Under the pieces are notes generated by a model. That model saw only the letters and a program-made list of their open reading frames with translations. It ran no database searches and had not been told where the DNA came from. DNA of 64,000 bases from a bacterium (GTDB lineage: Bacteria > Patescibacteriota > Saccharimonadia > Saccharimonadales > SZUA-47), in assembly GCA_043753565.1 (NCBI GenBank), contig JAYUWM010000074.1, positions 25,273 to 89,272 of the forward strand, written 5' to 3'. The position numbers and the translations under genes were made by a program. Position 1 is the first letter of the stretch; each line of letters opens with the position of its first letter. This document shows positions 55,580-62,527 of the stretch, one piece after another.

Positions 55580-55601
55580 GAAAAGCCGCGTATAGGCGGC
55601 T
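55580..55601 (-). terminator. hairpin terminator after tRNA sub-cluster
   Basis: Minus-strand stem AGCCGC/GCGGCU followed by a U-run. Confidence 0.55.
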
Positions 55602-55611
55602 TAGGGTATGG

Positions 55612-55685
55612 TGGCGGGGCATGGGAGAATCAAACCCCATCAGCGGATAGACAATCCGCGATAACGGCCGTTATATGAATGCCCG
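55612..55685 (-). tRNA. tRNA-Asp(GUC), atypical
   Basis: Anticodon stem GCGGA/UCCGC with loop UUGUCUA. Has a C1.C72 mismatch, a weak T-stem, and ends GCCACCA (double CCA). Confidence 0.6.
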
Positions 55686-55790
55686 TGGTATAGCGTGTAG
55701 GATTCTAACCTACGAAAAGATACTTTAACTAGCGACGCCTTGTCTAGTTATATAAGTTTACCGTGTCTTACGGCTCTCACTTAACGCTAT
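55686..55790 (-). ncRNA. 105-nt tRNA-like RNA without recognisable anticodon arm
   Basis: Perfect acceptor ATAGCGT/ACGCTAT with A-CCA, T-arm GUAGG-UUAGAAU-CCUAC. The core is replaced by two hairpins (CCGU-AAGAC-ACGG; ACUU..UAACUAG-11nt-CUAGUUA..AAGU). Confidence 0.55.
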
Positions 55791-55795
55791 AATAT

Positions 55796-55870
55796 TGGTA
55801 CTCTTTCGTGGTTTTGAACCACGCCGCACGGATTTTCAGTCCGCCGCTCTACCAAATGAGCTAAAAGAGT
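55796..55870 (-). tRNA. tRNA-Phe(GAA)
   Basis: Acceptor ACTCTTT/AAAGAGT, anticodon loop CUGAAAA, T-loop UUCAAAA, CCA encoded. Confidence 0.9.
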
Positions 55871-55877
55871 AAGTTGT

Positions 55878-56165
55878 TTATCCTTCTATCCAGACTGGTG
55901 TGCCAGTCATAGTATATCCGTCGTGCTTTTTAGAATCATAAAGCTCCCAAGTACCTTCTATGTTTTCGTCTGCTGAATCGTTGTCACATTCTTCATCTTC
56001 ATCTTCAGAAGGCGGATAAAAGCCGTACATTTCAGCGTTAGCTATTGCACACTCATTGGCTAAGCTATAAAGCGAGTCATCAGTTGTATCATCCGGGACT
56101 TCAAAAAATTCCCAAGAATCAGTTCCAATAGTATTGGTTGTGCAGTGAATTACAATCTTTTTCAT
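55878..56165 (-). CDS. acidic hypothetical protein
   Basis: Start trimmed to MKKIVIHC (ATG 56165, after AGGAAC). The longer track ORF would run over the promoter. Confidence 0.5.
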   Translation of the reverse strand: MKKIVIHCTTNTIGTDSWEFFEVPDDTTDDSLYSLANECAIANAEMYGFYPPSEDEDEECDNDSADENIEGTWELYDSKKHDGYTMTGTPVWIEG

Positions 56166-56187
56166 TTTAGTTCCTGTTAATGTATTA

Positions 56188-56216
56188 ATTATACAGAAAA
56201 GTAACACAGACTTCAA
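56188..56216 (-). promoter_or_regulatory. early-type promoter TTGAAG-17-TATAATTAAT
   Basis: -35 at 56216-56211, -10 at 56193-56188. Confidence 0.6.
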
Positions 56217-56227
56217 ATAAGAAATTA

Positions 56228-56302
56228 TGGTAGTTCCTCACAGTTTCGAACTGTGGACCTTCTCCGTGTAAAGGAGTTGCTCTACCCCTGAGCTAAGGAA
56301 CT
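56228..56302 (-). tRNA. tRNA-Val(UAC)
   Basis: Acceptor AGTTCCT/AGGAACT, anticodon loop UUUACAC, T-loop UUCGAAA, CCA encoded. Confidence 0.9.
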
Positions 56303-56307
56303 ATAGC

Positions 56308-56616
56308 TTAGTAACTATTGGTGGCTACTGTAACGGGGGTTATTTCTGCGCCTGATAGCTCAAGAAATATATATAGCTTTCCAGGCACCATTTTAGATAA
56401 ACGATTACACTCCAAACGAGCTGCTGCTCTGGATGTGTGTAGCGTAGGGTCTTTGGCGATAGAAAACCCGGAAGAGTTAGAGTAGCTACCTACAATAAAT
56501 CTTTTGTTAAGTACTCCTTCAATGGCTGCGTCGATAGAGTATAATATTGTGTTGTTATTCATACGTTTGCAGTAGCTTGCTAGGTACTCTAGTTCGTTAA
56601 TTGATTCTGGATTCAT
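56308..56616 (-). CDS. hypothetical protein
   Basis: 102-aa ORF. Confidence 0.5.
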   Translation of the reverse strand: MNPESINELEYLASYCKRMNNNTILYSIDAAIEGVLNKRFIVGSYSNSSGFSIAKDPTLHTSRAAARLECNRLSKMVPGKLYIFLELSGAEITPVTVATNSY

Positions 56617-56641
56617 AGTAATTTTTATTTTATTTTATTTT

Positions 56642-56718
56642 TGGTGTGAGATAAGAGATTCGAACTCTTTCTTGCTGGGTGGAAGCCAGCCGTGCTAGCC
56701 GTTAAACACTAACCCCAC
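56642..56718 (-). tRNA. tRNA-Gly(UCC)
   Basis: Acceptor GTGGGGT/ATCTCAC (two G.U pairs), anticodon loop CUUCCAC, T-loop UUCGAAU, CCA encoded. The 5' 24 nt overlap the end of CDS 56695..57060. Confidence 0.85.
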
Positions 56719-57060
56719 TATTAATATATAGGTAACCTGATGCAAATACTGGTCAAAGCCAGTCAGCCACCAAAACTCTGGGTGAGTGGTGGGACCCCAT
56801 TTTGTAATTCTAGTAACATTCATCTTAGCCCAGTCAATATGGTAATGTAAAATGAAATCTATAAAAAACACTAAGATGTACTGGTTTGTTACTAGAGAGA
56901 AACAGAGTACAGTAAATACTGCATTAAAAGCAGCATGAAGTATACCTCCATAATGTCCGTAGGTACCTTTGTTCTTCCACATCCAAGAAGGTTGTAAAAT
57001 CCAATCCACTATCAGGTGTTTTGTTTGTAACAGCAGTAATAGTATAATTAGTGTTTTCAT
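56695..57060 (-). CDS. His-rich multi-pass membrane protein (DUF3307-like)
   Basis: 121 aa with TM helices and HYHIDW/H..F motifs. Confidence 0.45.
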   Translation of the reverse strand: MKTLIILLLLLQTKHLIVDWILQPSWMWKNKGTYGHYGGILHAAFNAVFTVLCFSLVTNQYILVFFIDFILHYHIDWAKMNVTRITKWGPTTHPEFWWLTGFDQYLHQVTYILIVGLVFNG

Positions 57061-57105
57061 ACAACAGTTCTAACAAGTTTTAGTATATGTTTCAAGCTAA
57101 TATCT

Positions 57106-57179
57106 TGGTGCGGGCGGAGAGAATTGAACTCTCGTCTAGACGTTGGCAACGTCCTATTCTACCATTGAACTACGCACGC
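57106..57179 (-). tRNA. tRNA-Gly(GCC)
   Basis: Acceptor GCGTGCG/CGCCCGC (one mismatch), anticodon loop UUGCCAA, T-loop UUCAAUU, CCA encoded. Confidence 0.85.
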
Positions 57180-57185
57180 TTACTA

Positions 57186-57410
57186 CTAACGCCGCATAGA
57201 GGCAGCGTCTACAGCAGCTTGTTTGCTAAAAATAGGTTGCAAGCAGCTTTTGTGGATAATGGAAATACCAATCATTTTATCTCCAGTATAGACAGGAACT
57301 TCTTTAAGAGAAGTAGTGCCTCCATGGGTTGCAAAACTAGGGATATAAGGAGTTTCACGGTCACCAACGCGGGCTGGTGAAACTGAGGATAGTTTAAATT
57401 GCTTTTTCAT
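57186..57410 (-). CDS. hypothetical protein
   Basis: 74-aa ORF. No SD; the -10 box ends 6 nt before the ATG. Confidence 0.4.
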   Translation of the reverse strand: MKKQFKLSSVSPARVGDRETPYIPSFATHGGTTSLKEVPVYTGDKMIGISIIHKSCLQPIFSKQAAVDAASMRR

Positions 57411-57416
57411 ATAATT

Positions 57417-57445
57417 ATTATAACAATATTAAGCAAGTATTTCAA
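57417..57445 (-). promoter_or_regulatory. promoter TTGAAA-17-TATAAT abutting the ATG
   Basis: -35 at 57445-57440, -10 at 57422-57417. Confidence 0.55.
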
Positions 57446-57454
57446 GTAAGAATT

Positions 57455-57528
57455 TGGGGTAATAACGGGTTTCAATCCCTATCTTATAGTTTCACAGACG
57501 ATGGTGCTATCATTACACTATTATTACC
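57455..57528 (-). tRNA. tRNA-His(GUG)
   Basis: Encoded G-1 pairs with C73 (G-GTAATAA...TTATTAC-C-CCA). Anticodon loop CUGUGAA. Weak T-arm (GGG-AUUGAAA-CCC). Confidence 0.7.
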
Positions 57529-57529
57529 A

Positions 57530-57823
57530 TTAAAAAGGAATGTCAGTATCCCAAGCACCGTCGTCATACCGAGTAAACTCAGTATACCTGCCATCTTTTT
57601 CAGGTTCTTTAGGGGCTCCCCACTTTTCAAAGTTAGCCATATCTTGAATGGTTTCTATAACAATGTGCTGAAATTTACAGTAGCCTTGCTTTTCTGCCCA
57701 TATTAAGTACTCGTAGTGGTCTTCAATAACGTCACAAACTCTGCAACCTTTTAGTTTACCAAATGTAATTTGATCAAGTAAGCCCAGCTTAGGGTCTTTT
57801 AAGTTTCTAAAGTTTAGGGCCAT
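57530..57823 (-). CDS. hypothetical protein
   Basis: 97-aa ORF; its ATG lies inside the 3' arm of hairpin H2. Confidence 0.5.
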   Translation of the reverse strand: MALNFRNLKDPKLGLLDQITFGKLKGCRVCDVIEDHYEYLIWAEKQGYCKFQHIVIETIQDMANFEKWGAPKEPEKDGRYTEFTRYDDGAWDTDIPF

Positions 57824-57946
57824 ATGTTAGTAGATACGTAAAGTTAACTAAGAAACCCCCAGGCAGGTAGCCCTGTTTCCACTTATGATATGATGCTTCC
57901 AACCACTCTCATATACCCCTTGGGTAGGGTATCTACTAACATATGG
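57820..57946 (-). ncRNA. CCAUAU-type long hairpin H2
   Basis: 18-bp arms ccatatgttagtagatac/gtatctactaacatatgg. It bridges the tRNA-Arg CCA and ATG 57823. Confidence 0.6.
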
Positions 57947-58020
57947 CCTCTCCTGACAGACTCGAACTGCCACCGTACGGTTTCGTAAACCGACGCATTA
58001 TCCATTTGTGCTAAGGAGAG
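57944..58020 (-). tRNA. tRNA-Arg(ACG)
   Basis: Acceptor CTCTCCT/AGGAGAG, anticodon loop UUACGAA, T-loop UUCGAGU, CCA encoded. Confidence 0.85.
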
Positions 58021-58121
58021 ATTAGTGCAGCGTCTAGTCTGATGACCATGCGAGGATTTGCGGTATTCCGGTGTACCTTTAGTAGAAATCCATCTACTAG
58101 GCCCTTCACGTTGGCCTTTAT

Positions 58122-58196
58122 TGGTAGTAAAGATAGGATTTGAACCTATGATCTTCTCCGTATGAAGGAGCTGCTTTACCGCTAAGCTACTTTACC
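58122..58196 (-). tRNA. tRNA-Met or Ile2 (CAU)
   Basis: Acceptor GGTAAAG/CTTTACT, anticodon loop UUCAUAC, T-loop UUCAAAU, CCA encoded. Confidence 0.8.
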
Positions 58197-58202
58197 TCAA
58201 TT

Positions 58203-58412
58203 TTAATCGTTTGTTATGGTAAACACTTTTCTATTAGAGCAGGTAGTAGTTTCATTTCCTATAAAACTAGCTCGGATGCTTACTACTGTACTACTATTCT
58301 TAGCACACAATAGTACGGCTGTGTCTATGTCATTAGAGCTAACGGATTGGTAAAAGCAGCCGCTAAGCATAATGCTAGTCAGTATTGTTATCAGTATTTT
58401 GTTCATCAGCAC
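58203..58412 (-). CDS. small lipoprotein, putative
   Basis: Signal peptide with lipobox MLSGC; overlaps the protease gene end. Confidence 0.5.
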   Translation of the reverse strand: MLMNKILITILTSIMLSGCFYQSVSSNDIDTAVLLCAKNSSTVVSIRASFIGNETTTCSNRKVFTITND

Positions 58413-58992
58413 GCTCTTGTAAAAGTTTAGTACGTTGTTCCATGCGCAAGACTACTTCGTCTACGTCCATCCACAAATCTTTATTATCTAGTAAGGACTG
58501 GATTTCTGCTGGAGATAAGAACTCTTCGTAGATTTCTTTTAAAAGCTGTTCTGACCACTTACGCTCATGCTGAATCTGGCCGTACATCTCGCCACCTTTG
58601 CCCATTGTTCCACCAGAATAATTGTGGAACATAAACATAGAGTGCGGAGTTACCTCAAACTGGTCTGCACATAAAAAGATCATAGTAGCGGCACTCATAC
58701 AAGCACCTTCAACACTACAAATAACCAACGCTTCTGTTTCTGCTAAAACACGCATGAACTGAATACCTGTAAACATATCACCACCGTAGCTGTTAATATA
58801 AATTTTAACAGTATCGTCAGGCTTGCAGTGTCGAATGGTATCAAACCAATCAATGTAATTTTCAGGGCTATCAATAGTACCTGAAATATAAAACTCGTAC
58901 ACGTGAGAGGATGCTTTAGGCTCAATCATTCCAGGGATGCCGTCCCCAAAGATAGGTACTAGTTTACTTGCTTTGGTCATTGTCGCTTTCAT
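58375..58992 (-). CDS. ClpP-like serine protease (S14 family)
   Basis: INSYGGD, G.CMSAA (Ser), and MFHNYSGG (His) resemble the ClpP catalytic motifs. Confidence 0.6.
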   Translation of the reverse strand: MKATMTKASKLVPIFGDGIPGMIEPKASSHVYEFYISGTIDSPENYIDWFDTIRHCKPDDTVKIYINSYGGDMFTGIQFMRVLAETEALVICSVEGACMSAATMIFLCADQFEVTPHSMFMFHNYSGGTMGKGGEMYGQIQHERKWSEQLLKEIYEEFLSPAEIQSLLDNKDLWMDVDEVVLRMEQRTKLLQERADEQNTDNNTD

Positions 58993-58996
58993 AAAG

Positions 58997-59071
58997 TGGA
59001 GTCGGGTACTGGAGTTGCACCAGTCTGGTACGGATTTGCAATCCGCTGCCTAACTACTCGGCCAACCCGAC
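58997..59071 (-). tRNA. tRNA-Cys(GCA)
   Basis: Acceptor GTCGGGT/ACCCGAC, anticodon loop UUGCAAA, non-canonical T-loop UGCAACU, CCA encoded. Confidence 0.8.
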
Positions 59072-59191
59072 ATAAATAAGTACTACTCAGCGCTTGAATC
59101 TGTGAAAACCCTGCTCTTCATGGCCTACCTTCACGTTCTGCAGAATAGTGTCGGTTATCGGTGTTCCATTGTAGTTTTTGTAGTAATATGG
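59071..59191 (-). ncRNA. CCAUAU-type long hairpin H3 (imperfect)
   Basis: CCAUA-U-UACUAC ... GUAGUA-CUUAUU-UAUG. It bridges the tRNA-Ser(UGA) CCA and tRNA-Cys G1. Confidence 0.45.
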
Positions 59192-59278
59192 CGGAAAAGG
59201 AGAGGGTCGAACTCTCAAGGCTATTTCTAACTCGACGGTTTTCAAGACCGGTCCCATCGCCAATTGGGTTGCTTTTCC
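59189..59278 (-). tRNA. tRNA-Ser(UGA)
   Basis: Acceptor GGAAAAG/CTTTTCC, anticodon loop CUUGAAA, long variable arm, T-loop UUCGACC, CCA encoded. Confidence 0.85.
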
Positions 59279-59427
59279 TTCTAATTAGAACACTTAGTAA
59301 GTATGCTAATTAGAAGAGTCTCATATAGTGTTAACTGATGAAACTCTGTACTGTTTATCAAATAGGAGTGGACGTGTGACCTCATACCCTATTAGTTCTA
59401 GTACTTTTAAGCACTGCTGCTTAAATC

Positions 59428-59503
59428 TGGTTGCGGGTGTTGGAGTCGAACCAACGGCCTCTAGGTTATGAGCCTAGCTATCTACCACCTGATATAACCC
59501 GCG
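59428..59503 (-). tRNA. initiator-type tRNA-fMet(CAU)
   Basis: CGCGGG...CCCGCAACCA ends with a C1.A72 mismatch; anticodon loop CUCAUAA on a stem with two G-C pairs. Confidence 0.75.
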
Positions 59504-59520
59504 TTATTTTTTTAATTGTA

Positions 59521-59597
59521 TGGCAACCCAGGTAGGATTTGAACCTACAACACATGCGTTTGGAGCGCACCGCTCTGCCAATTGGAGCTACTGAGTT
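59521..59597 (-). tRNA. tRNA-Trp(CCA)
   Basis: Acceptor AACTCAG/CTGGGTT, anticodon loop CUCCAAA, T-loop UUCAAAU, CCA encoded. Confidence 0.85.
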
Positions 59598-59602
59598 ATA
59601 TT

Positions 59603-59676
59603 TGGTACCTGCTGATGGTTACGCTCCACCGTCTAACGATTATCAGTCATTGGCTCTACTATTGAGCTAAGCAGGT
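59603..59676 (-). tRNA. tRNA-Ile(GAU)
   Basis: Acceptor ACCTGCT/AGCAGGT, anticodon loop CUGAUAA, non-canonical T-loop AGCGUAA, CCA encoded. Confidence 0.8.
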
Positions 59677-59770
59677 TTATTATATTTAGTAGTTAGCCAG
59701 TAGTACCAAGTATTTAATTTCCACCCTAAGGCAATAAATGCAAATACTACTAACGCTAAAATTAGGTTAA

Positions 59771-60196
59771 TCACTTAAACTTTTCCAGGTTTTCAAGATT
59801 TTGGCAAGAACCTTCTTCTGCTTTATATGTTTTAGTCTCAAACTCAGCCTTGGTCATGCAGCCATTAATGCCTTTGCCAGTACCGTTTGTTTGGCACTTA
59901 ACAGGCAAGACTTTACCCGTTTCAAACTGAATTTCTCCACTAGCCCAGCCGTCACCGTTACGGCAATTTTTAGCGACTGTGCTGTCTGACTGCATAAGAA
60001 TACGTGTAGGCTTTCCCAGTTTAGCGTCTACAGCGCCTTCAGGATACGCAATAGGGAAATAACTAGCAGCGTTTTTCTGGGCATTAAAACGGGTTACAGC
60101 CATGTTATTATCTACTACATCCTGAGGTGCCTCTGAAGTACAAGCTACCAAAGACGCAGCAATAATCATAGAAGCCAGTAGTTTAGTGAATTTCAT
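59771..60196 (-). CDS. lipoprotein, putative (possible superinfection-exclusion type)
   Basis: Signal peptide with lipobox SLVAC; the mature part is Cys-containing. The function is inference only. Confidence 0.5.
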   Translation of the reverse strand: MKFTKLLASMIIAASLVACTSEAPQDVVDNNMAVTRFNAQKNAASYFPIAYPEGAVDAKLGKPTRILMQSDSTVAKNCRNGDGWASGEIQFETGKVLPVKCQTNGTGKGINGCMTKAEFETKTYKAEEGSCQNLENLEKFK

Positions 60197-60222
60197 TTTA
60201 GAGATTTGTTGTTTAAAGAATA

Positions 60223-60251
60223 ATTATAACGCATTTTGACTAGGGTTTCAA
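60223..60251 (-). promoter_or_regulatory. early-type promoter TTGAAA-17-TATAAT
   Basis: -35 at 60251-60246, -10 at 60228-60223. Confidence 0.6.
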
Positions 60252-60264
60252 GTCTATTTTTATC

Positions 60265-60351
60265 TGGCGGAAAACATTGGAATCGAACCAATCAGCCCAT
60301 TACTGAGCGAGTATTTAGCAAACACTTGTCGCACCTTGCAACACGTCTTCC
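60265..60351 (-). tRNA. tRNA-Ser(GCU)
   Basis: Acceptor GGAAGAC/GTTTTCC, anticodon loop UUGCUAA, long variable arm, T-loop UUCGAUU, CCA encoded. Confidence 0.85.
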
Positions 60352-61659
60352 ATTGAAAACTTAGATAAATGTAAGCTATACACTTATCTAAGTTCTCGCG
60401 AACTTAGGGCTTTAACTGGCTTGCGGCCTAGGACTGGCTACCTTTTAGGTGTAAATCACTATTGCACTTACGGACTGAATACCGGCTCATAAATGGGTGT
60501 GCCTTTGATTACTTAATCACTGAGCTGAATTCGGCTGACTAGGCCCATAGGACTGACTACCTACTGAAGTAATAATTGAATATAAGTAGTCATCTCAAAT
60601 ATTCAACTCATATTTACTACCTTTTCACGGCTGGTTACGTCTAGTGTTATAGTGGGTAGCTTAGGCAAGAGCATAATCACATCTAGCAGGTATATGCAAG
60701 AAACTCTTTCGAGATTCTGCAACCCTGTATTAAAAACACAGAGCGGGTATAAGTGTAGAGCTATGTCAAAGCTCTTAGGAATTCAAGCCCTCGTAGATTC
60801 GCAAATCTACTACATTGCCACCCAGTTATTACACTTATTAGGAACAAATAAACCTAAACAATTTAGCTTGATAAGCATTTTTAGGCTTAGCGTGTACTAA
60901 GCGCAATACTTTTGCTAGCATAGGTTTATTTGTAATGTTTTGATAATCTAAAGTATTAAATTCTACTCGCAACTGCTTTCGTAGCTGATTGGAGATAGGG
61001 CAGAAGCCGTTTTTCCAATAATTTTGCATTGTTTTAATAATCATAATATATGTAAAGGTTAACCTCTGTTCAGAAGTCTTATTAGGGTTAAACAGTTATT
61101 ATCTGTGTACACCGTTATACGTTTTGTAGACCTTAGGTAATTATTCTAAGCTCATACAAGAGCTTTATTGTCATTCTTACTGTGGCCACAGCCAAAGGTT
61201 AATCTTTAAATGCCTTTACGCTAAGATTCTAGCCATAGGAGTATTGAAGTCTCCAGGTAGCTAGCTGCTCTTGCGTTTCGGTTCTGTTTAAAGTTACTAC
61301 AACTTGCCTGAAATCAGGAAATTTGCTACAACTTAGGGTCGAACCATCATCAGAAGGTTACCATAATAATTAGGGCTGTTGCTAAGATTTGTCAACAATT
61401 AAGAACTTGATTAGCGGCCAAACTAAATCGACTATCATTTAAGCTATCTCATGTCCACCCGAATAACAAGTTTTACCTTAGGACATTATTAGGTCCAAAT
61501 AGAGAAGTTATCCGTCTAAGTTCACTACAACTTATTTACACATACAAGGGTGTTGTATGTAGCAAAATCCGAGAGGCTTACACGAACCTAAAACGTCTAC
61601 ATTGATCTTATGTTAAATGTGGGTAGCGCCGGTGTGTCTTACTCTGTCTCTAAGTATTA
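60352..61659 (-). ncRNA. promoter-driven ORF-poor 1.3-kb segment (candidate long structured RNA)
   Basis: A consensus promoter at 61660-61688 fires into it. Only one weak 68-aa ORF is present. It has many 6-9 bp hairpins and short direct repeats. Confidence 0.35.
60838..61044 (-). CDS. doubtful ORF (68 aa)
   Basis: The only minus-strand ORF of 60 aa or more in the ORF-poor segment; no SD at either candidate ATG. Confidence 0.2.
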   Translation of the reverse strand: MIIKTMQNYWKNGFCPISNQLRKQLRVEFNTLDYQNITNKPMLAKVLRLVHAKPKNAYQAKLFRFICS

Positions 61660-61688
61660 ATTATACAATGATTTTATTATTACTTCAA
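61660..61688 (-). promoter_or_regulatory. early-type promoter TTGAAG-17-TATAATTAAT
   Basis: -35 at 61688-61683, -10 at 61665-61660. Confidence 0.65.
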
Positions 61689-61705
61689 GCCTAAATTTTA
61701 CTAAC

Positions 61706-61906
61706 TTACCAGGAAGCTTCGTCTACAACTGTTTTAGTAATAGTTACTAGGTCGCCATTAACCATGGCGACTAGAGATGCTGTTACAAGTGACCCAATAC
61801 CACTAGAAGAGTCTACATTAATAGTAAGGTATTCCGAATCTGGGTACTTAGAATGCCACAAAGTTATAGCAGTTACGTCATCACGGTGTAAGGATATAGT
61901 GTTCAT
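61706..61906 (-). CDS. hypothetical protein
   Basis: 66-aa ORF downstream of a promoter. Confidence 0.5.
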   Translation of the reverse strand: MNTISLHRDDVTAITLWHSKYPDSEYLTINVDSSSGIGSLVTASLVAMVNGDLVTITKTVVDEASW

Positions 61907-61932
61907 TTTGCGGTATTTCCAAATAAGTATTA

Positions 61933-61962
61933 ATTATACAATAAATAATACTTAGTTATCAA
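61933..61962 (-). promoter_or_regulatory. early-type promoter TTGATA-18-TATAATTAAT
   Basis: -35 at 61962-61957, -10 at 61938-61933. Confidence 0.55.
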
Positions 61963-61980
61963 GTTTAAAATTATTAATGC

Positions 61981-62058
61981 TGGCTGACCGTCTTGGAATC
62001 GAACCAAGCTTATTCTTCGTTAACAGCGAAGCGCCTACACCATGTTTGCTTACGGTCA
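61981..62058 (-). tRNA. tRNA-Asn(GUU)
   Basis: Acceptor TGACCGT/ACGGTCA, anticodon stem CUUCG/CGAAG with loop CUGUUAA, T-loop UUCGAUU, CCA encoded. Weak D-stem. Confidence 0.8.
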
Positions 62059-62202
62059 ATTTATTAGTAATCGGTATCCCTCTTCCCGATTGTGTAACTT
62101 GATTTTATAGATGGTTGTCAATTTAGTGTGGCACCAAGAATGACGTTTACCGAGTGTTACTTACCATCAACTCGCATAGGGTTCTTTATCTCTAAAGAAT
62201 AC

Positions 62203-62276
62203 TGGCAGGGGTACTAGGGCTCGAACCTAGAATAACGACGTCAAAGGTCGTTGTGTTACCATTACACTATACCCCA
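62203..62276 (-). tRNA. tRNA-Gln(UUG)
   Basis: TGGGGTA...TACCCCT with U1.U72, anticodon loop CUUUGAC, T-loop UUCGAGC, CCA encoded. Confidence 0.85.
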
Positions 62277-62399
62277 GTAATCATATTTAAGCATACTCCC
62301 ATTTGCCTTATGAGCCGGGTGTTCTTACTGGTTCTTATATACTGCCAACGCGCTAACAATCAGTTGTGCCCATTTACACTAATGCTTAAATATATTTAC
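62277..62399 (-). ncRNA. CCAUAU-type long hairpin H4
   Basis: 12-bp arms atatttaagcat/atgcttaaatat plus outer gtaa/ttac. It abuts the 5' end of tRNA-Gln. Confidence 0.55.
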
Positions 62400-62405
62400 T
62401 ACAAA

Positions 62406-62526
62406 CATATTTATGAATTTTAAATATTAACTACGCCTGACAACGTAGCTGTTTCGCAGGTGTCAGCCTACCGACCTAGGTTCCACGGCATGGTGGAACA
62501 AAAGCCGTCTAAAATTCATAAATATG
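62406..62526 (-). ncRNA. CCAUAU-type long hairpin H5
   Basis: 17-bp arms catatttatgaatttta/taaaattcataaatatg. Confidence 0.6.
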
Positions 62527-62527
62527 C

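Noticed and set aside
58021-58121. 101-nt spacer between tRNA-Arg and tRNA-Met with several stems.
   Set aside because: It lacks the CCAUAU/AUAUGG closing arms and any tRNA-like arms. The competing short stems are not distinguishable from chance in AT-rich sequence.
60652-60900. 82-aa + strand ORF in the ORF-poor segment.
   Set aside because: It is antisense to the promoter-defined transcription direction, with no RBS and a low-complexity sequence.
61330-61360. GGUUCGACC (T-arm-like) and CUGAUGA (hammerhead-like) strings on the minus strand.
   Set aside because: There is no acceptor or D-arm partner for a tRNA. The CUGAUGA is not followed by a stem II plus GAAA core, so it is not a hammerhead.
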